A DNA stretch of 64,000 nt, taken from NCBI RefSeq assembly GCF_018350175.1, contig NC_058382.1, positions 8,742,001 through 8,806,000 on the forward strand, in the 5' to 3' direction. Below the pieces are notes generated by a model. The model ran no database searches. It was not told the DNA's origin and was given only the letters and a program-made list of their open reading frames with translations. The translations under genes and the position numbers were made by a program. Position 1 is the stretch's first letter. The number at the start of each line of letters is the position of its first letter. Positions 50,303 through 61,724 of the stretch are shown piece after piece. Origin of the DNA: Felis catus (Eukaryota).

Positions 50303-50423
50303 TCTCAAGCAGAGGGTTAACGGGAAGAGTTGATGACATGGGAAAGCACTCAAAGTACAGCAAGACAGTAAACAGTAATTATTATTTTTACTCTGACCAC
50401 CCCCCCCCCCCCTCCTGGAGCAG

Positions 50424-50538
50424 ATCTAATGTCCTGGGCACCAAGTTCACCATCTTTGACAATGGAGTGAATCCTGAAAGGAAGAATTTTGTCCCGGAGA
50501 CCACTCGGATCAGAGAGGAGCTGGGGGCTGTGTGCTAT
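50424..50538 (+). CDS. TULP2: TULP2 exon 10
   Basis: SNVLGTKFTIFDNGVNPERKNFVPETTRIREELGAVCY; 115 nt. Confidence 0.95.
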
Positions 50539-50622
50539 GTGAGTTTCCTGGAGACAAGAGAGAATGAAGCAGGATGGTGGGGAGGAGGAAGAGCCAGGCC
50601 AACTGGAGCATAATTCCCACAG

Positions 50623-50721
50623 GAGACCAACGTCTTGGGATTCCGAGGGCCCCGGAAAATGACTGTGATCATTCCGGGAATCGATGACCAGAACCAGAGA
50701 CTCCGCGTCCAGCCACAAAAC
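50623..50721 (+). CDS. TULP2: TULP2 exon 11
   Basis: [33 protein letters not shown]; 99 nt. Confidence 0.95.
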
Positions 50722-50962
50722 GTGAGTTGGCTAAGGCTGAGACTGTCTGGGTCAGTGGGAGAGGAAGGTCTGGGTGACTGGCCATAGGTCCTAAGGGAGA
50801 AGGGGGCCCATGGCTTGCAGAAGGTCATATGTGAAGCCAGAAGGACTTTGTTAGACTTCTGTGTTTCCCAGAGAAGAGAGACTAGAGACTCAAAAATCTT
50901 CATCCGGAGGAAAAAGGCCCATTGGTGGTAGGTTAAACACTCCCCCGTACTTTATCTTCTAG

Positions 50963-51134
50963 GAGCAGGAGTCACTACTGTGTCGCCTCCGACGGGGAGC
51001 TAGCCAGGGACTGGTCCTGCTACAAAACAAAGCCCCTTGGTGGAGCTACAGGAGCGGCGCCTACGTACTCAATTTTCACGGTCGAGTCACTCGGGCCTCG
51101 GTCAAGAACTTCCAGATCGTGCATCCGGATGACC
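50963..51134 (+). CDS. TULP2: TULP2 exon 12
   Basis: EQESLLCRLRRG...AYVLNFHGRVTRASVKNFQIVHPDD; tubby signature FHGRVTxASVKNFQ; 172 nt. Confidence 0.95.
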
Positions 51135-51433
51135 GTGAGCTCCTAAGAACCGTTTTACCTGGGCGGGGGGGTAAGGGGAGGTTGGAGGGTGGCATGAGCC
51201 GACAAGAACTACGTCTCCCATCAGCATTTGAGCGATTGTCTAGGTTGGGCCGAGTCCATGCTGTTGCAAAGCCTGTTGGGAAATGTAGTTTTTTTTTAAC
51301 GGCCCTCGGTTTCTGGGCTTAGCGGGTGCACCGCCCAGCCTTTGTGTAGTTCTGGAAGCTCAGAGGACCGCGGAAGGGAATTGAGGGGGGGGGGGGGGGG
51401 GGGGCTGGGCTTAGATCCTGACTTCCTCCTCAG

Positions 51434-51567
51434 CCGATGCCCTCGTGCTCCAGTTCGGCCGCGTGGCCCCAGACACGTTCACCATGGACTTCTGCTTCCC
51501 GCTTTGCCCCCTCCAAGCCTTTGCCATCTGCTTGTCCAGTTTCGATGGAAAGCTGGCGTGTGAGTAG
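51434..51567 (+). CDS. TULP2: TULP2 exon 13 (last, stop)
   Basis: [44 protein letters not shown]; 134 nt. Confidence 0.95.
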
Positions 51568-52114
51568 TCCAATGAAATACCATAGCCTCGTCAGCTTCTG
51601 TTGCCTGCTCATTGGGGGAAAGGGCCCCAGTGCGCCTTCTTTTGCACCACCTTACTATTAACACCTCGTACGCTGCCTGGGTGCCCAGTCGTGTGATTCA
51701 GGGAGTGGGCTTTTCAGCAGCACCTGCTTTCCCGGGACTCAGAGTCGTGGGAGATGGGTCTTAAACAACAAAAAATCAAAACGCATCTTAAGAATCTCGA
51801 GGACCGATTCTGGAATCGCCAGAGGGGGTCGGGGGTGGAACATCAGGCGGGTAGGCACCGCTTATACAAAGGTCTGAAAGTGGAAAGAGACTTGATTGGC
51901 TTGGGAATATGAAAGCCTGGGGAAGCAATGGAGAGGGGCCAGGGCCTGAGGCTGGACAAAGGACAGGATGTTTGGGCCATTCTCCTTTGAACTGCTGAAC
52001 AGATCTGAGGTCAGAAAAGACTTCTGAGTTGGAGGCAAACTTGAATTCAAGACACATGCATGGGTGAGAGAGTAATTACAATACTGGCTAACACCTGTAT
52101 AACATTTGTTATTT

Positions 52115-54135
52115 GGGGGCGCCTGGGTGGCTCAGTCGGTTAAGCCTCCGACTTCGGCTCAGGTCACGATCTCATGGTTTGTGGGTTCAAGCCCCGCGTC
52201 GGGCTCTGTGCTGACAGCTCAGAGCCTTGGAGCCTGTATCAGATTCTGTGTGTCCCTCTCTCTCTCTCTGACCCTCCCCCGTTCATGCTCTATCTCTCTC
52301 TGTCTCAAAAATAAATAAACGTTAAAAAATAAATAAATAAAGCTCAAAAAAAAATTTGTTATTTGGCAAGGATTATTTTTGCCAGTTTTTTTTTTCAATT
52401 TATTTTTTACTTTTTTAATGTTTATTTAAGAGAGAACACGTGTGAGCAGGGGAGGGGCAGTGAGAGGGAGAAAAAGGATCCAAAGCCGACCCTGCACCCA
52501 AAGGAAACAGCCCGATGCGGGGCTCGAACTCACAAAACGTGAGATCGTGACGAGCCGAGGTCAGATGCTTAAGCAACTGAGCCACCCAGGCGCCCCAATT
52601 TTTATTTACTTATGTTTTAAGTTTATCTATTGTTTTGAGAGAGAGCACAAGCAGAGGAGGGGCAGAGTGGGAGGAAGAGAATCCCAAGCAGGCTCCATTG
52701 CCAGCACAGAGCCCAACATGGGGCTCAGTCTTCTGAACCACGAGATCATGACCTGAGCTGAGTCATTTGCTTAACCAACTGAGTCAGCCAGGCACCCCTG
52801 GCAAGGATTGTTTTCCATATGAACGTCTTGGGGTGTCTGGCTGGCTCAGTCATGAGAGGGTATGACTCTTGATCTCAAGGTTGAGTTCAAGGCACACATT
52901 GGGTGCAGGAATTACTTAAAATCACTAAGAACTCCTTTGGGGCCTTACAATCCTGTAACATATGTGCTACTGTTAGTCACAGTCTCTGGAACAGGGCTTA
53001 TAAATATGAAATTGGACAGCTGGGAGCCTCAAGCAATTCACCATTTTTTTTTTTTTAATTTTTTTTTCAACGTTTTTTTATTTATTTTGGGGACAGAGAG
53101 AGACAGAGCATGAACTGGGGAGGGGCAGAGAGAGAGGGAGACACAGAATCGGAAACAGGCTCCAGGCTCCGAGCCATCAGCCCAGAGCCTGACGTGGGGC
53201 TCGAACTCACGGACCGCGAGATCGTGACCTGGCTGAAGTCGGACGCTTAACCGACTGCGCCACCCAGGCGCCCCACAATTCACCATTTAAATGGCCAATA
53301 GGAGGATGGGTATATTCCGGGGAGGCATGGAGGACTAGAAATGACCCCCCCCCCCATTTTTTTGAACGTTTATTTATTTTTGAGAGAGAGAGAGTGTGAG
53401 CGGGAGAGAGGCAGAGAGAGAGGGAGACAGAATCCAAAACAGGCTCCTGGCTCCGAGCCATCAGTACAGAGCCTGACACGGGGCTTGAACTCACAAACCG
53501 TAAGATCGTGACCTGAGCCAAAGTCAGATGCTTTACCCAGAGCCACCCAGGTGCCCCTGAACGCTTGTTTTTTTGAGATTACTGAGTCCAGCTCCTAGCC
53601 CTCCTTGGGGAGATAACTGTCCCAAGTTTATTTGAGAGAGAGAGAGAACGGGTGGGGTAAAGGCAGAGAGAGGGGACAGAAGATCCGAAGCAGGCTCCAT
53701 GCCAACACCAGAGAGCCCGATGCAGGGCTTGAACTCACCAACAGGGAGATCATGACCTGAGCTGAAATCAGACTTACCTGGCTGAGCCACCCAGGCGCCC
53801 ATCCCAAGTTTAATAAAATTTAGGCAGAGGCCAAAGAAAAATTAACAAGACCCACCAGCCCTTAGTTCAAAAGCCTTAGGACAATGGGGCGCCTGGGTGG
53901 CTCAGTAGGTTAAGCGGCTGACTTCGGCTCAGGTCATGATCTTACAGTCCGTGAGTTCGAGCCCCGCGTCGGGCTTTGTGCTGACAGCTCAGAGCCTGGA
54001 GCCTGCTTCAGATTCTGTGTCTCCGTCTCCCTCTCTCTGACCCTCCCCCATTCATGCTCTGTCTCCCTCTGTCTCAAAAATAAATAAACGTTAAAAATAA
54101 TTAAAAAAAAAAACACAAAACAAAACAAAAAAACA
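52115..54135. mobile_element. Near-continuous CAN-SINE cluster between the convergent TULP2 and PPP1R15A 3' ends
   Basis: About eight SINE bodies, including a young minus copy 53044-53274 with TSD caattcaccattt. Confidence 0.85.
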
Positions 54136-54284
54136 AAAGCCTCAGGACAAGAAGCAAATTTGAGTGATGATGGGAAATACAGTTTATTCTCTATTGAGTA
54201 CTCCCCTTTATCCCGAGGGTAGTGGAGATTGTCAGTTCAGATACACACAGTGGCAGGGACATTGCTTGCTACAAATCACAAAGT

Positions 54285-54290
54285 TTTATT
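54285..54290 (-). terminator. PPP1R15A: PPP1R15A polyadenylation signal AATAAA (second copy at 54183-54188)
   Basis: tttatt on +; short AU-rich 3'UTR containing UUAUUUAUU. Confidence 0.75.
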
Positions 54291-54344
54291 TCTTATATAA
54301 AACAATATACAAAAAATAAATAATATACATGAAACTACATGATC

Positions 54345-54692
54345 TTAGCCACGCCTCCCACTGAGGTCCAAGCCGGGAGACAGGGACAGAGGGGCGAAGG
54401 GAGATGCCGTAACAGGGCTCAAGGCTGTGGCCTGGACGGAGGACAATGGTAAGATCTGGGTAGGAGCAGGTGTGGCGGCCAGAGGCGGCGTAGGGTTCCC
54501 AAAGCGTGCCCAGGCCCTGGCCCGGGCAGCAGGAGTGAGACAGGGGCCCAGCTGCTCCTGGGCCTGAGCAATGCGACGGGCGAAGCGACTTCGATCTCGG
54601 GCTAGCTGCTCCCAGGGTCCCCGGCGGGCGGCCCGGGCTGGTCCTGCCCAGACAGCCAAGAGATGGACAGAGACCTTCTCAGAGAAGCGTAC
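54345..54692 (-). CDS. PPP1R15A: PPP1R15A (GADD34) exon 3: PP1/eIF2-alpha binding domain
   Basis: (K)[41 protein letters not shown]...ARARAW...LDLSGRRG*; 348 nt. Confidence 0.96.
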   Translation of the reverse strand, partial: VRFSEKVSVHLLAVWAGPARAARRGPWEQLARDRSRFARRIAQAQEQLGPCLTPAARARAWARFGNPTPPLAATPAPTQILPLSSVQATALSPVTASPFAPLSLSPGLDLSGRRG

Positions 54693-55126
54693 CTGAAGGG
54701 GGACCAGCACAGACACAAGACACACATGTCCACAGGGAGAGGGGCGGGGGGAAGGGACCGGGAAAAGAGAGAGAGAACCAAACAAAAATTAGTTACACAA
54801 GAATGCTTGTGGTCTGGTTAGTCACCTGCTAGCCATTCACCCACCAGATCCGGCCCCCTGCAGATGGAGGCGGTTGGTTCCCTGATGCTGACAATGAACC
54901 ACAGCTGCCCCCTCTCCTCACAGGGGCCCAGCCTCTTTGCAAAGGATTGCGTTACCTTGAACACAGCCCTCCCAGCGGAGTTCACATGCAACCCTCTGCA
55001 ACACACAGGGGACCCAGAAGTTGGGGCGTTCAGCCCCTCCCCCGCCCCAGCCCAGGAGCTCCAGGAAGGAAGATAAGAGTTCCAGCTCCTCCCTAAGACT
55101 GGAGAACTTGAGCCCTCAGCACCCAC

Positions 55127-56803
55127 CTTTCTGGCCTTTACGGGAGGCTCAGGGTCAGGATGCCGGGTGGGGGTTTCCGTGGACTTAAGTCGCCTCTGCA
55201 GTCGGACGGGTAGCTGAGGGGGAGCCCAGGGAGGTGGTGGCCTTTCTCCAGGTAAATAGATGGCCACTCGGAAGGGGCGGGGCTCGGCTTCTCCCTGCTG
55301 CTTAGCAACTTCCCTTCCTTCTGTGTCCTCTCCCGGCCGATACATCCAGCCCCTGAGGAGGGCGCTCTGAGCCTGAAGGGAGGGACTCAGCACCGAGTCA
55401 GTGGCTTCTGAGTCATCATCCTCCTCATTCTCATCTTCCTCTTCTGTGTCCTCTCCTGGCCGATACACCCAACCCCTGATGAAAGTATTTGTGGATGGGA
55501 TGGAAGAGGGACCCTCAACTTCTCCCCCCTCCTCAGCTGCTCCTAAGTCACTGAATTCATCTTCCTCCTCCTCCTCGTCCTCCGTGTCCTCTCCTGGCCG
55601 GTACACCCAGGCCCTGACGAAGGCACTTGTGGATGGGATGGAAGAGGGACCCTCAACTTCTCCCTCCTCCTCAGCTGCTCCCAAGTCACTGGATTCATCT
55701 TCCTCCTCCTCCTCCTCCTCCTCCTCCTCCTCCTCCTCCTCGTCCTCCGTGTCCTCTCCTGGCCGGTACACCCAGGCCCTGACGAAGGCATTTGTGGATG
55801 GGATGGAAGAGGGACCCTCAACTTCTTCCTCCTTCTCAGCTGCTCCCGAGTCACTGAATTCATCTTCCTCCTCCTCCTCCGTGTCCTCTCCTGGCCGGTA
55901 CACCCAGGCCCTGACAAAGGCATTTGTGGATGGGATGGAAGAGGGACCCTCAACTTCTCCCTCCTCCTCAGCTGCTCCCGAGTCACTGGATTCATCTTCC
56001 TCCTCCTCAGACTCCTCTCCTGAACCACGCTCCCAGGCCCTAGCGTGAAAGCCTGAAGGTGAGGGGAAAATGGAGCTCTTTGTGGCTTCTTTATTTTCTG
56101 TTCTTCTTTCCTCTGTCGCTTGACCCTCTTCCTCCCCAGCACGATACCCCCGAGCTCTAGGCTTGGATCCTGGAGACAAAGGAAAAGCAGGTGCTCTGGC
56201 AGCTTCTTTCTTGATAGCTCCTCCTTCCTCTTCCTCCTCCCCTGGACAACACTCCCAGGGTGATGGAGGAAAAGAGAAAAACGTGACCATTTCAGTTTCG
56301 GCAGCTCCTCCTTCCTCAGACTTCTCCTCTCCGGGAGGGTCCTGCAGGGCTCTTACTGGAAGGGTAGGGGAGAGGGGAGCAGGCTGGCCACCTACAAAGT
56401 CACTTGCTTGCTCTTGAGGGACACTGGTTGTTTGATCCTCTTCATCATCAGCATCTGAAAGTCCCCAGGCTTCAAGGAGAGAACTACTGGCTTTTAGATC
56501 GTGGCAGGCCCCCCGGAATGCGCCTCCATCGTCCTCAACTGCTTCACCGTCTCCAGTCTCCCCTTGAAAGTGCCTGCCCTCCGGGGCACCGTGGATGCCC
56601 ACAAAAGTCTGAGCTGCTCCCTCCAGACCAGCTTCTCCTTGATCGGCTCTGGCTACCGGTTCCAACAGCCAGGGTTCTGGAGGTCCTGGGCCCCTCAGGT
56701 GGCTCCAGGCCCTGCTGAGAAGGCCCATCAGCGGGGACAGGAGGAAAAAGGGGTGGGTACCCCTCCAGGGGGCAGACTGATGGGGCGCTTGGCCTGGGGC
56801 CAT
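55127..56803 (-). CDS. PPP1R15A: PPP1R15A (GADD34) exon 2 coding part; exon starts at 56812
   Basis: MAPGQAPHQSAPWRGTHPFFLLSPLMGLLSRAWS...PEST repeats...KARK then gtgggt; 1677 nt; total 674 aa. Confidence 0.96.
55325..56035 (-). repeat. PPP1R15A: Coding tandem PEST repeats of GADD34 with a (GAG)13 tract
   Basis: Five R[AG]W[VM]YRPGEDTE units plus a degenerate leading unit. Confidence 0.9.
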
Positions 56804-57569
56804 CGGTCTGTGCTGGGACAAAAGGAAACAAAGCTCAGAAGCCATTTAGGGGAGAGCATCATGGGATGACTGTGAGTCACAGCCATGGAAATAGTGACAC
56901 AAACAGCAACGTGAGAGTCCCTCCCCCACATTCCTTTCTGAGCCCTGCCACTCCCCTCTCCAGCAGAGCTAGACGGTTCCCACCTCCTCCCCACCTCCGT
57001 TCTCTCAATACCCAGGAGTCTGAGTCCCCACTTCTCCCATTTTTCTTAGGCCCAAGAGTCCAAGCCCCCCAGCCTCTTCTCTCAGACTAAGAAGGCTCAG
57101 TTTCCAGAACTGAGAATACAGGGTCTCTACTTGCTTCCCTTGGGGACAAGGTCCTAGCCCCTGGTTCTCTTATCCATCCTGAGGACTGACATATCGGGCC
57201 CTCAAGACCTTCCTCCCTCTGAGACTCAAACGTTCCGACCCCCTGCATGGTTCCATCACTGGGGATCCAGGAGTCTGGCTTCCAGAGCCCTCCTCCCGCC
57301 AGGCTCAAGGCTCCAGGCTCCCAATCCTTTCTCCTTCCTAAGTCCGAGCCCTGGAGTCCGTCCTGGCCGCACCTGTTCCCAGACGCAAGAGTTCAGGCTC
57401 CCAGGCCACCCTTCCTCGGAACTCACGAGTCCCGGCCTCGAACCCTCCCGTCTACGTACCTAGAAGTCCAAACTCCCTCCTCATTACTGACCCGGAGTCT
57501 GATTCCCAGCCCTCAACCCCTCAGGGCCCTGGCGTTCCGACCCCTCACTCACCGACTCCGGGCTGCGCG

Positions 57570-57650
57570 TCACCCTGGGGGCAGGAGGGCCGGCTCGGGC
57601 TGCCACAAGCGATCGCGGATCTGGATGGCTCGGGAGGCCAGCGCGTTCAT
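57570..57650 (-). CDS. PPP1R15A inhibitory uORF2 (26 aa ending Pro-Pro-Gly-stop)
   Basis: MNALASRAIQIRDRLWQPEPALLPPG*. Confidence 0.88.
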   Translation of the reverse strand: MNALASRAIQIRDRLWQPEPALLPPG

Positions 57651-57693
57651 CTCGCCCTCCGGTGTCGGGCTCTGGGACTCACGTTGTCACCGG

Positions 57694-57744
57694 CTACTGC
57701 AATCGCTGTCGCTGCAAAGGAGATCTGGCGTCCGGCAGGTGCAT
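57694..57744 (-). CDS. PPP1R15A uORF1 (16 aa)
   Basis: MHLPDARSPLQRQRLQ*, upstream of uORF2 in exon 1. Confidence 0.6.
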   Translation of the reverse strand: MHLPDARSPLQRQRLQ

Positions 57745-57793
57745 GAGCGTGATCCACAGCTAAGCTTCTAAGAACTGACGCAGCCCGCAAGGC

Positions 57794-57830
57794 TTTTATA
57801 GTCCGACGCGACCGGGCGTGCAGACGTCAC
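57794..57830 (-). promoter_or_regulatory. PPP1R15A: PPP1R15A core promoter: TATA box and ATF/CRE-like site
   Basis: CTATAAAA at 57794-57801; GTGACGTCT at 57822-57830 on the minus strand. Confidence 0.8.
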
Positions 57831-59159
57831 GGAGAGGCGGGGTTTCGAAATCTAGACGTAAGGGGTGGGTAAAGGAAAGTTGGAATTCTCGCGGAGATTC
57901 CGGGTTCTGTGACGACACGGGGACGTTTCCCAGCGTGACCACGCCCCGAAACAGGCGAGCTGTCAATCAAACGCGGCGAAGGCGTAAGCGGCCGGGCCGC
58001 TCTCCCAACTCCTGCCGGGGTGGCAAGACGCCTTCCCACCCCTTCCCAATTTAACCAGCAGGCCCCAGTCTAGAGTCTTCCACCTTCGCAGCCGGTCCGT
58101 TTCCTTCCCGGTGAGGGAGAGCATCGGTTCCATTTCACAAATGAGAAACTGAGGCTGGGGAACGAAGTCGCTTGCCCAAAACGGTCATGGCAGAGCCTAG
58201 ACTTGATTGTGAATGCAAACAAGCATGTAAGCACCCTGAAGTCAGGCATTTGACTTTGCTCACTGCTTTTTTTCCTCAGCGCCTGGCACAGAGTAGGTAC
58301 TCAACAAATACCTAGTGAGTGGATTTTTTTTTTTTTTTTTTTTAGTTTTTTAAAAGTTTATTTACTTCGAGAGAGAGTGCACCTGGGAGCAGAGGGCGTG
58401 GCAGAGAGAGGAGAGAATTCCAATATCGAGGTGCCCCAAGCAGGGCTCGAACCCACGAACCATGAGATCACGGACCTGGGCTGAAATCAAGAGTCCGAGG
58501 CTTAGCCGACTGAGCCACCCAAGCGCCCCTGGTGAGTAGATTCTAACCCCCAAATTCAGACTCCTTCCTGGTCTCAAGCACAAGGCTCCGCACCTGGATT
58601 TCACCCACTTAAAACTCATACAAAAGCTCACACACAGACTGAAATTCCGGCTGGGTACCATCAACTGAACCTCATGGGAATGGGGTCTCCTGCCACAAGT
58701 TCCAGGCCCAGGGACACCGTCCCAGTTCCTTGGCCCCTCCCCCCTACCTGGTCCAGAATTTTGCTCCTCCAAATCTGCCCAGGAACCATGTCTCCCTCCC
58801 GAGGGGGGCATCCTCAGTCTAGAACACAATTCTCACCTGGATCTGGGGTAGATGTTTGACCGTGGCCGCTTGACCCTGCCCTAGCCACTACCCAAGAATC
58901 CGGGGTCACTCCCTCCTCCCTGGAAAACCTGGACCCGTCCACTCAAAAACACACTTCCGGGATCCCCGGCTCCATGAACAACTCAGGAGTCCTGACTCCG
59001 GGCTCACACCTTTTCAGGTACCCCAGAAGTCTGAGCCCCCTCTAGTTCCAGGATCCCAGCTCCCTTCAGGGTGCCAATGAATGACCCGGGCCCTGGAGTC
59101 CAGGCCACAGCTCCTCCTCTCCAAACTGTTAGGAATCCGGCCCAGCAGGGACCCAGGAG

Positions 59160-59290
59160 TCAGGGGCGGGGTGGGGGGGGGCAGCCCCTCCCCTTAGCGG
59201 TGGGGGCAGCCGAGCCAGGGGTCAGGCTGGCGGGGGGGGGGGGGGGGGGGGGGGGGGGAAGAGGGGCGGGGTCAGCCGGGATTGGAAGGG
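59160..59290 (+). promoter_or_regulatory. PLEKHA4: PLEKHA4 G-rich promoter (GC boxes, G27 run, CCAAT)
   Basis: ggggcgggg boxes, poly-G 59232-59258, attgg at 59281. Confidence 0.55.
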
Positions 59291-59294
59291 GAGA

Positions 59295-59843
59295 CAGCAG
59301 CGTGGGCGGCTGGCGGACCAGCAGAGAGGAAAGAGAAACGGAGAGGGAGGAAAAAAGAAGGGGAATCTGAGGGAGAGAAGGAAACAGCGGCGGTGGGGAC
59401 TGGGGACGGGGAGAGAGAGAGAAAGAGGAAGAGCTTGAGTGTGAGGGAGAGAGAGGGGGAGAGAACGAGATGGAGATCTAAGGAAAAGAGACTCTGTGAG
59501 TCAGAGAAGAAAAGATCTGGAACGGCAACAGAAAGACTGGAAGAGAAAGTGCTGGTGGGGGGGAGGGGGGAGAGGGGGTGCGGGCAGGGGAGAGAATGAG
59601 CCAGAGAGAGACTGGAAGAGACAGATTAGAGACAGACAAGCTGGGGCCAGAGACAAGGTGTTAGGAGCCTAAAAAAAGGCAAGAGGGACCAGAAGTGACA
59701 CAAAGCAAGAAGTGTGCGAGTGAGCAGGTGAGAAGGCAGGTCTGAGAGGCAGCACCCAAGAGCCGGAAAAGGAGGGAGACTGCAGCTGGGTGCCCCAGCG
59801 CCCGCACGGCCCTCTTACCCCCATCCTTGGGACCCCGGAGCTG
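59295..59843 (+). other. PLEKHA4: PLEKHA4 non-coding exon 1 (5' end approximate)
   Basis: Purine-rich leader ending at a strong CTG|gtaagt donor. Confidence 0.55.
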
Positions 59844-60321
59844 GTAAGTTCCCTGGCTGGCCTGGGAGGGACTGCCTGGGTGTGCATTCCTGGCGTCCGG
59901 GCTTGGCAGGGATGGCCTAGGGGGGCTTGGCCGGGATGGCCTAGGGGTGCGTGTGGAGGGCTGGAGACAGGTAGCTGGGGGCAGCCGCGAAGAGGCAGGG
60001 AATGGGGCTCCCTAAGCACAGAGAGGGTCAAATTCCTGGCGAGAGTGCAGGGGGCAAGAATAAAGGAGCCCCTATTCCCTGTCTTGGGCGGCAGACAGCT
60101 GCCCCCCTCCCCGCAGCTGCCAATGCCGCCCACCTCTCTTGGCATCGCTCTTGGTATGCAGTCCCGGGCCAGGGCCTCCCCCAGCCCCCCAGTCCCCAGA
60201 CAACAGGCTCTTTCTCCTCAGCCTCCTCCGACCTGCGAGCTCCTGACCCCGTCTCTGTCCCCAGCCGGGTCAGCTGCAGAGACACGCACACAGCCCCTTT
60301 CTTTCTCTCCCCAAGCCCTTG

Positions 60322-60405
60322 ATGGAGGAGGGCAGACCCCGGAGCAGCCTCAGCCTGGCCAGCAGCGTCTCCACCATCTCCTCCCTGGGCAGCCTGAGCA
60401 CCAAG
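60322..60405 (+). CDS. PLEKHA4: PLEKHA4 first coding exon (exon starts at 60316)
   Basis: MEEGRPRSSLSLASSVSTISSLGSLSTK; 84 nt. Confidence 0.92.
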
Positions 60406-61494
60406 GTTTGAGCTTCTTGGAAGGGCCGGGGAGGTAGGCGGGGCTCTGGGCTGCCCCATCCTCTTTTTTCCCAGCCCTGGTTCGGTGCCAACTCAAGGGA
60501 TTCTGTTGTTAGGAGCCAGGAGCCTTAGCGATGGGATCTGCCACACCTAGTAAGGTCCCCAGTTGCCCACTAGCCCCAGCTAGGAATTTAGAGACGCTCC
60601 CAGCTGTCTCCACCCCTCCTGTTTTCCCAATTCAAAGCCAGAGTCACAATCTCGCTTGACTTGGTTGCTAAGTTAAGGCTACTCCCCAGCCATGAGGCTC
60701 TCCCCAGGAATTCAGGCGGTGACTACCCTTGACTGGGACTGAAAACTCCCTGTCCCAGCTCCAGGCATCCAATCTACCCAGTTCTGAAACCCGAGAAGGA
60801 AAAGACCTTTCTCAAGAGGGCTGAGATAGTTGCCTCCCCAGTCATCGCCCCAGCCCCAAGTTCAGGGACACTAATTTCCTTGTCCTCTGCCATTCTCTTC
60901 ACTCATTTAGACTTTACCAAGCTCAGAATGTAGAGATTCAATCCCAACTCAGTGCCATCCCCAGGGCAGGGCATCCTGGGGGACCCTGGCTATGGATGCT
61001 GGAGATGCCTGGGTGGACAGGAGAAGGGGCTCCTCTCCTATTGGGAGGGACGGATTTGGAACCGTCTGTCTCTGGTCATGGGTGCTCAGGGATGTCACTC
61101 CCTGGCACTGAAACATCCTTCCACTCAGCTGACCCATCACCAGGGACTCTGCATGGAGATCTTTCTTGATTATGGGGACCTCCCAGGCAAGATCTCCAAT
61201 TCAGATCCCAAAGACTGCACTACATCTCTGGCTCAGTTAGACCCTTGATCCCCAAATTCCTTCCTCGTCAACCAGTAGTCTCTTCCTTTCCCCCAAACAG
61301 CTCCGTCCGCCCATTAAAAGCGTCTGTTAGCTCTGTAACGCGCACATCCAATTCTGATCTCAGAATTCAGTCCCCTCCTTGGGTGGTTTCTAAGGGCGGC
61401 TGAGGTTGGGTCTTGGGTTGCCTGACTCCCAATGCACCGCCTCCCCCAAGCCCATCCAAGGCCCCATTCACATCTGTCCTCCTTCTCTCCTCAG

Positions 61495-61602
61495 AAGCCT
61501 ACCCGGGCAGTAAGCAAGGTGCACGCCTTCGGGAAGAGAGGCAATGCACTCAGAAGGGACCCCAACCTCCCGGTGCACATCCGAGGCTGGCTTCATAAGC
61601 AG
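61495..61602 (+). CDS. PLEKHA4: PLEKHA4 exon 3
   Basis: KPTRAVSKVHAFGKRGNALRRDPNLPVHIRGWLHKQ; 108 nt. Confidence 0.95.
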
Positions 61603-61724
61603 GTGGGGTGAGCGGGTGAAGGGAAAGGACACCGAGTGATGCTAGAGGCTGTCCCCCTGGCTGTCCCCTGTTTCTCTTCTTCCAAGTCTCCAAATGTGTT
61701 TTGTTTTTCTTTTATTAAAAAATA

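Larger units (their letters stand above)
57553..57770 (-). other. PPP1R15A: PPP1R15A non-coding exon 1 (5' end approximate)
   Basis: gtgagt donor at 57552; starts about 25 nt downstream of the TATA box. Confidence 0.8.

Noticed and set aside
55401-56142. Ser-rich antisense ORF (215 aa) and Arg-rich alternative-frame ORF (199 aa)
   Set aside because: By-products of the low-complexity GAG-rich coding repeats, with no independent promoter or splice evidence.
54818-56845. 675-aa single-exon ORF as the GADD34 protein
   Set aside because: It starts in intron 1 and runs past the exon 2 donor at 55126; the real protein splices to exon 3 to form KVRF.
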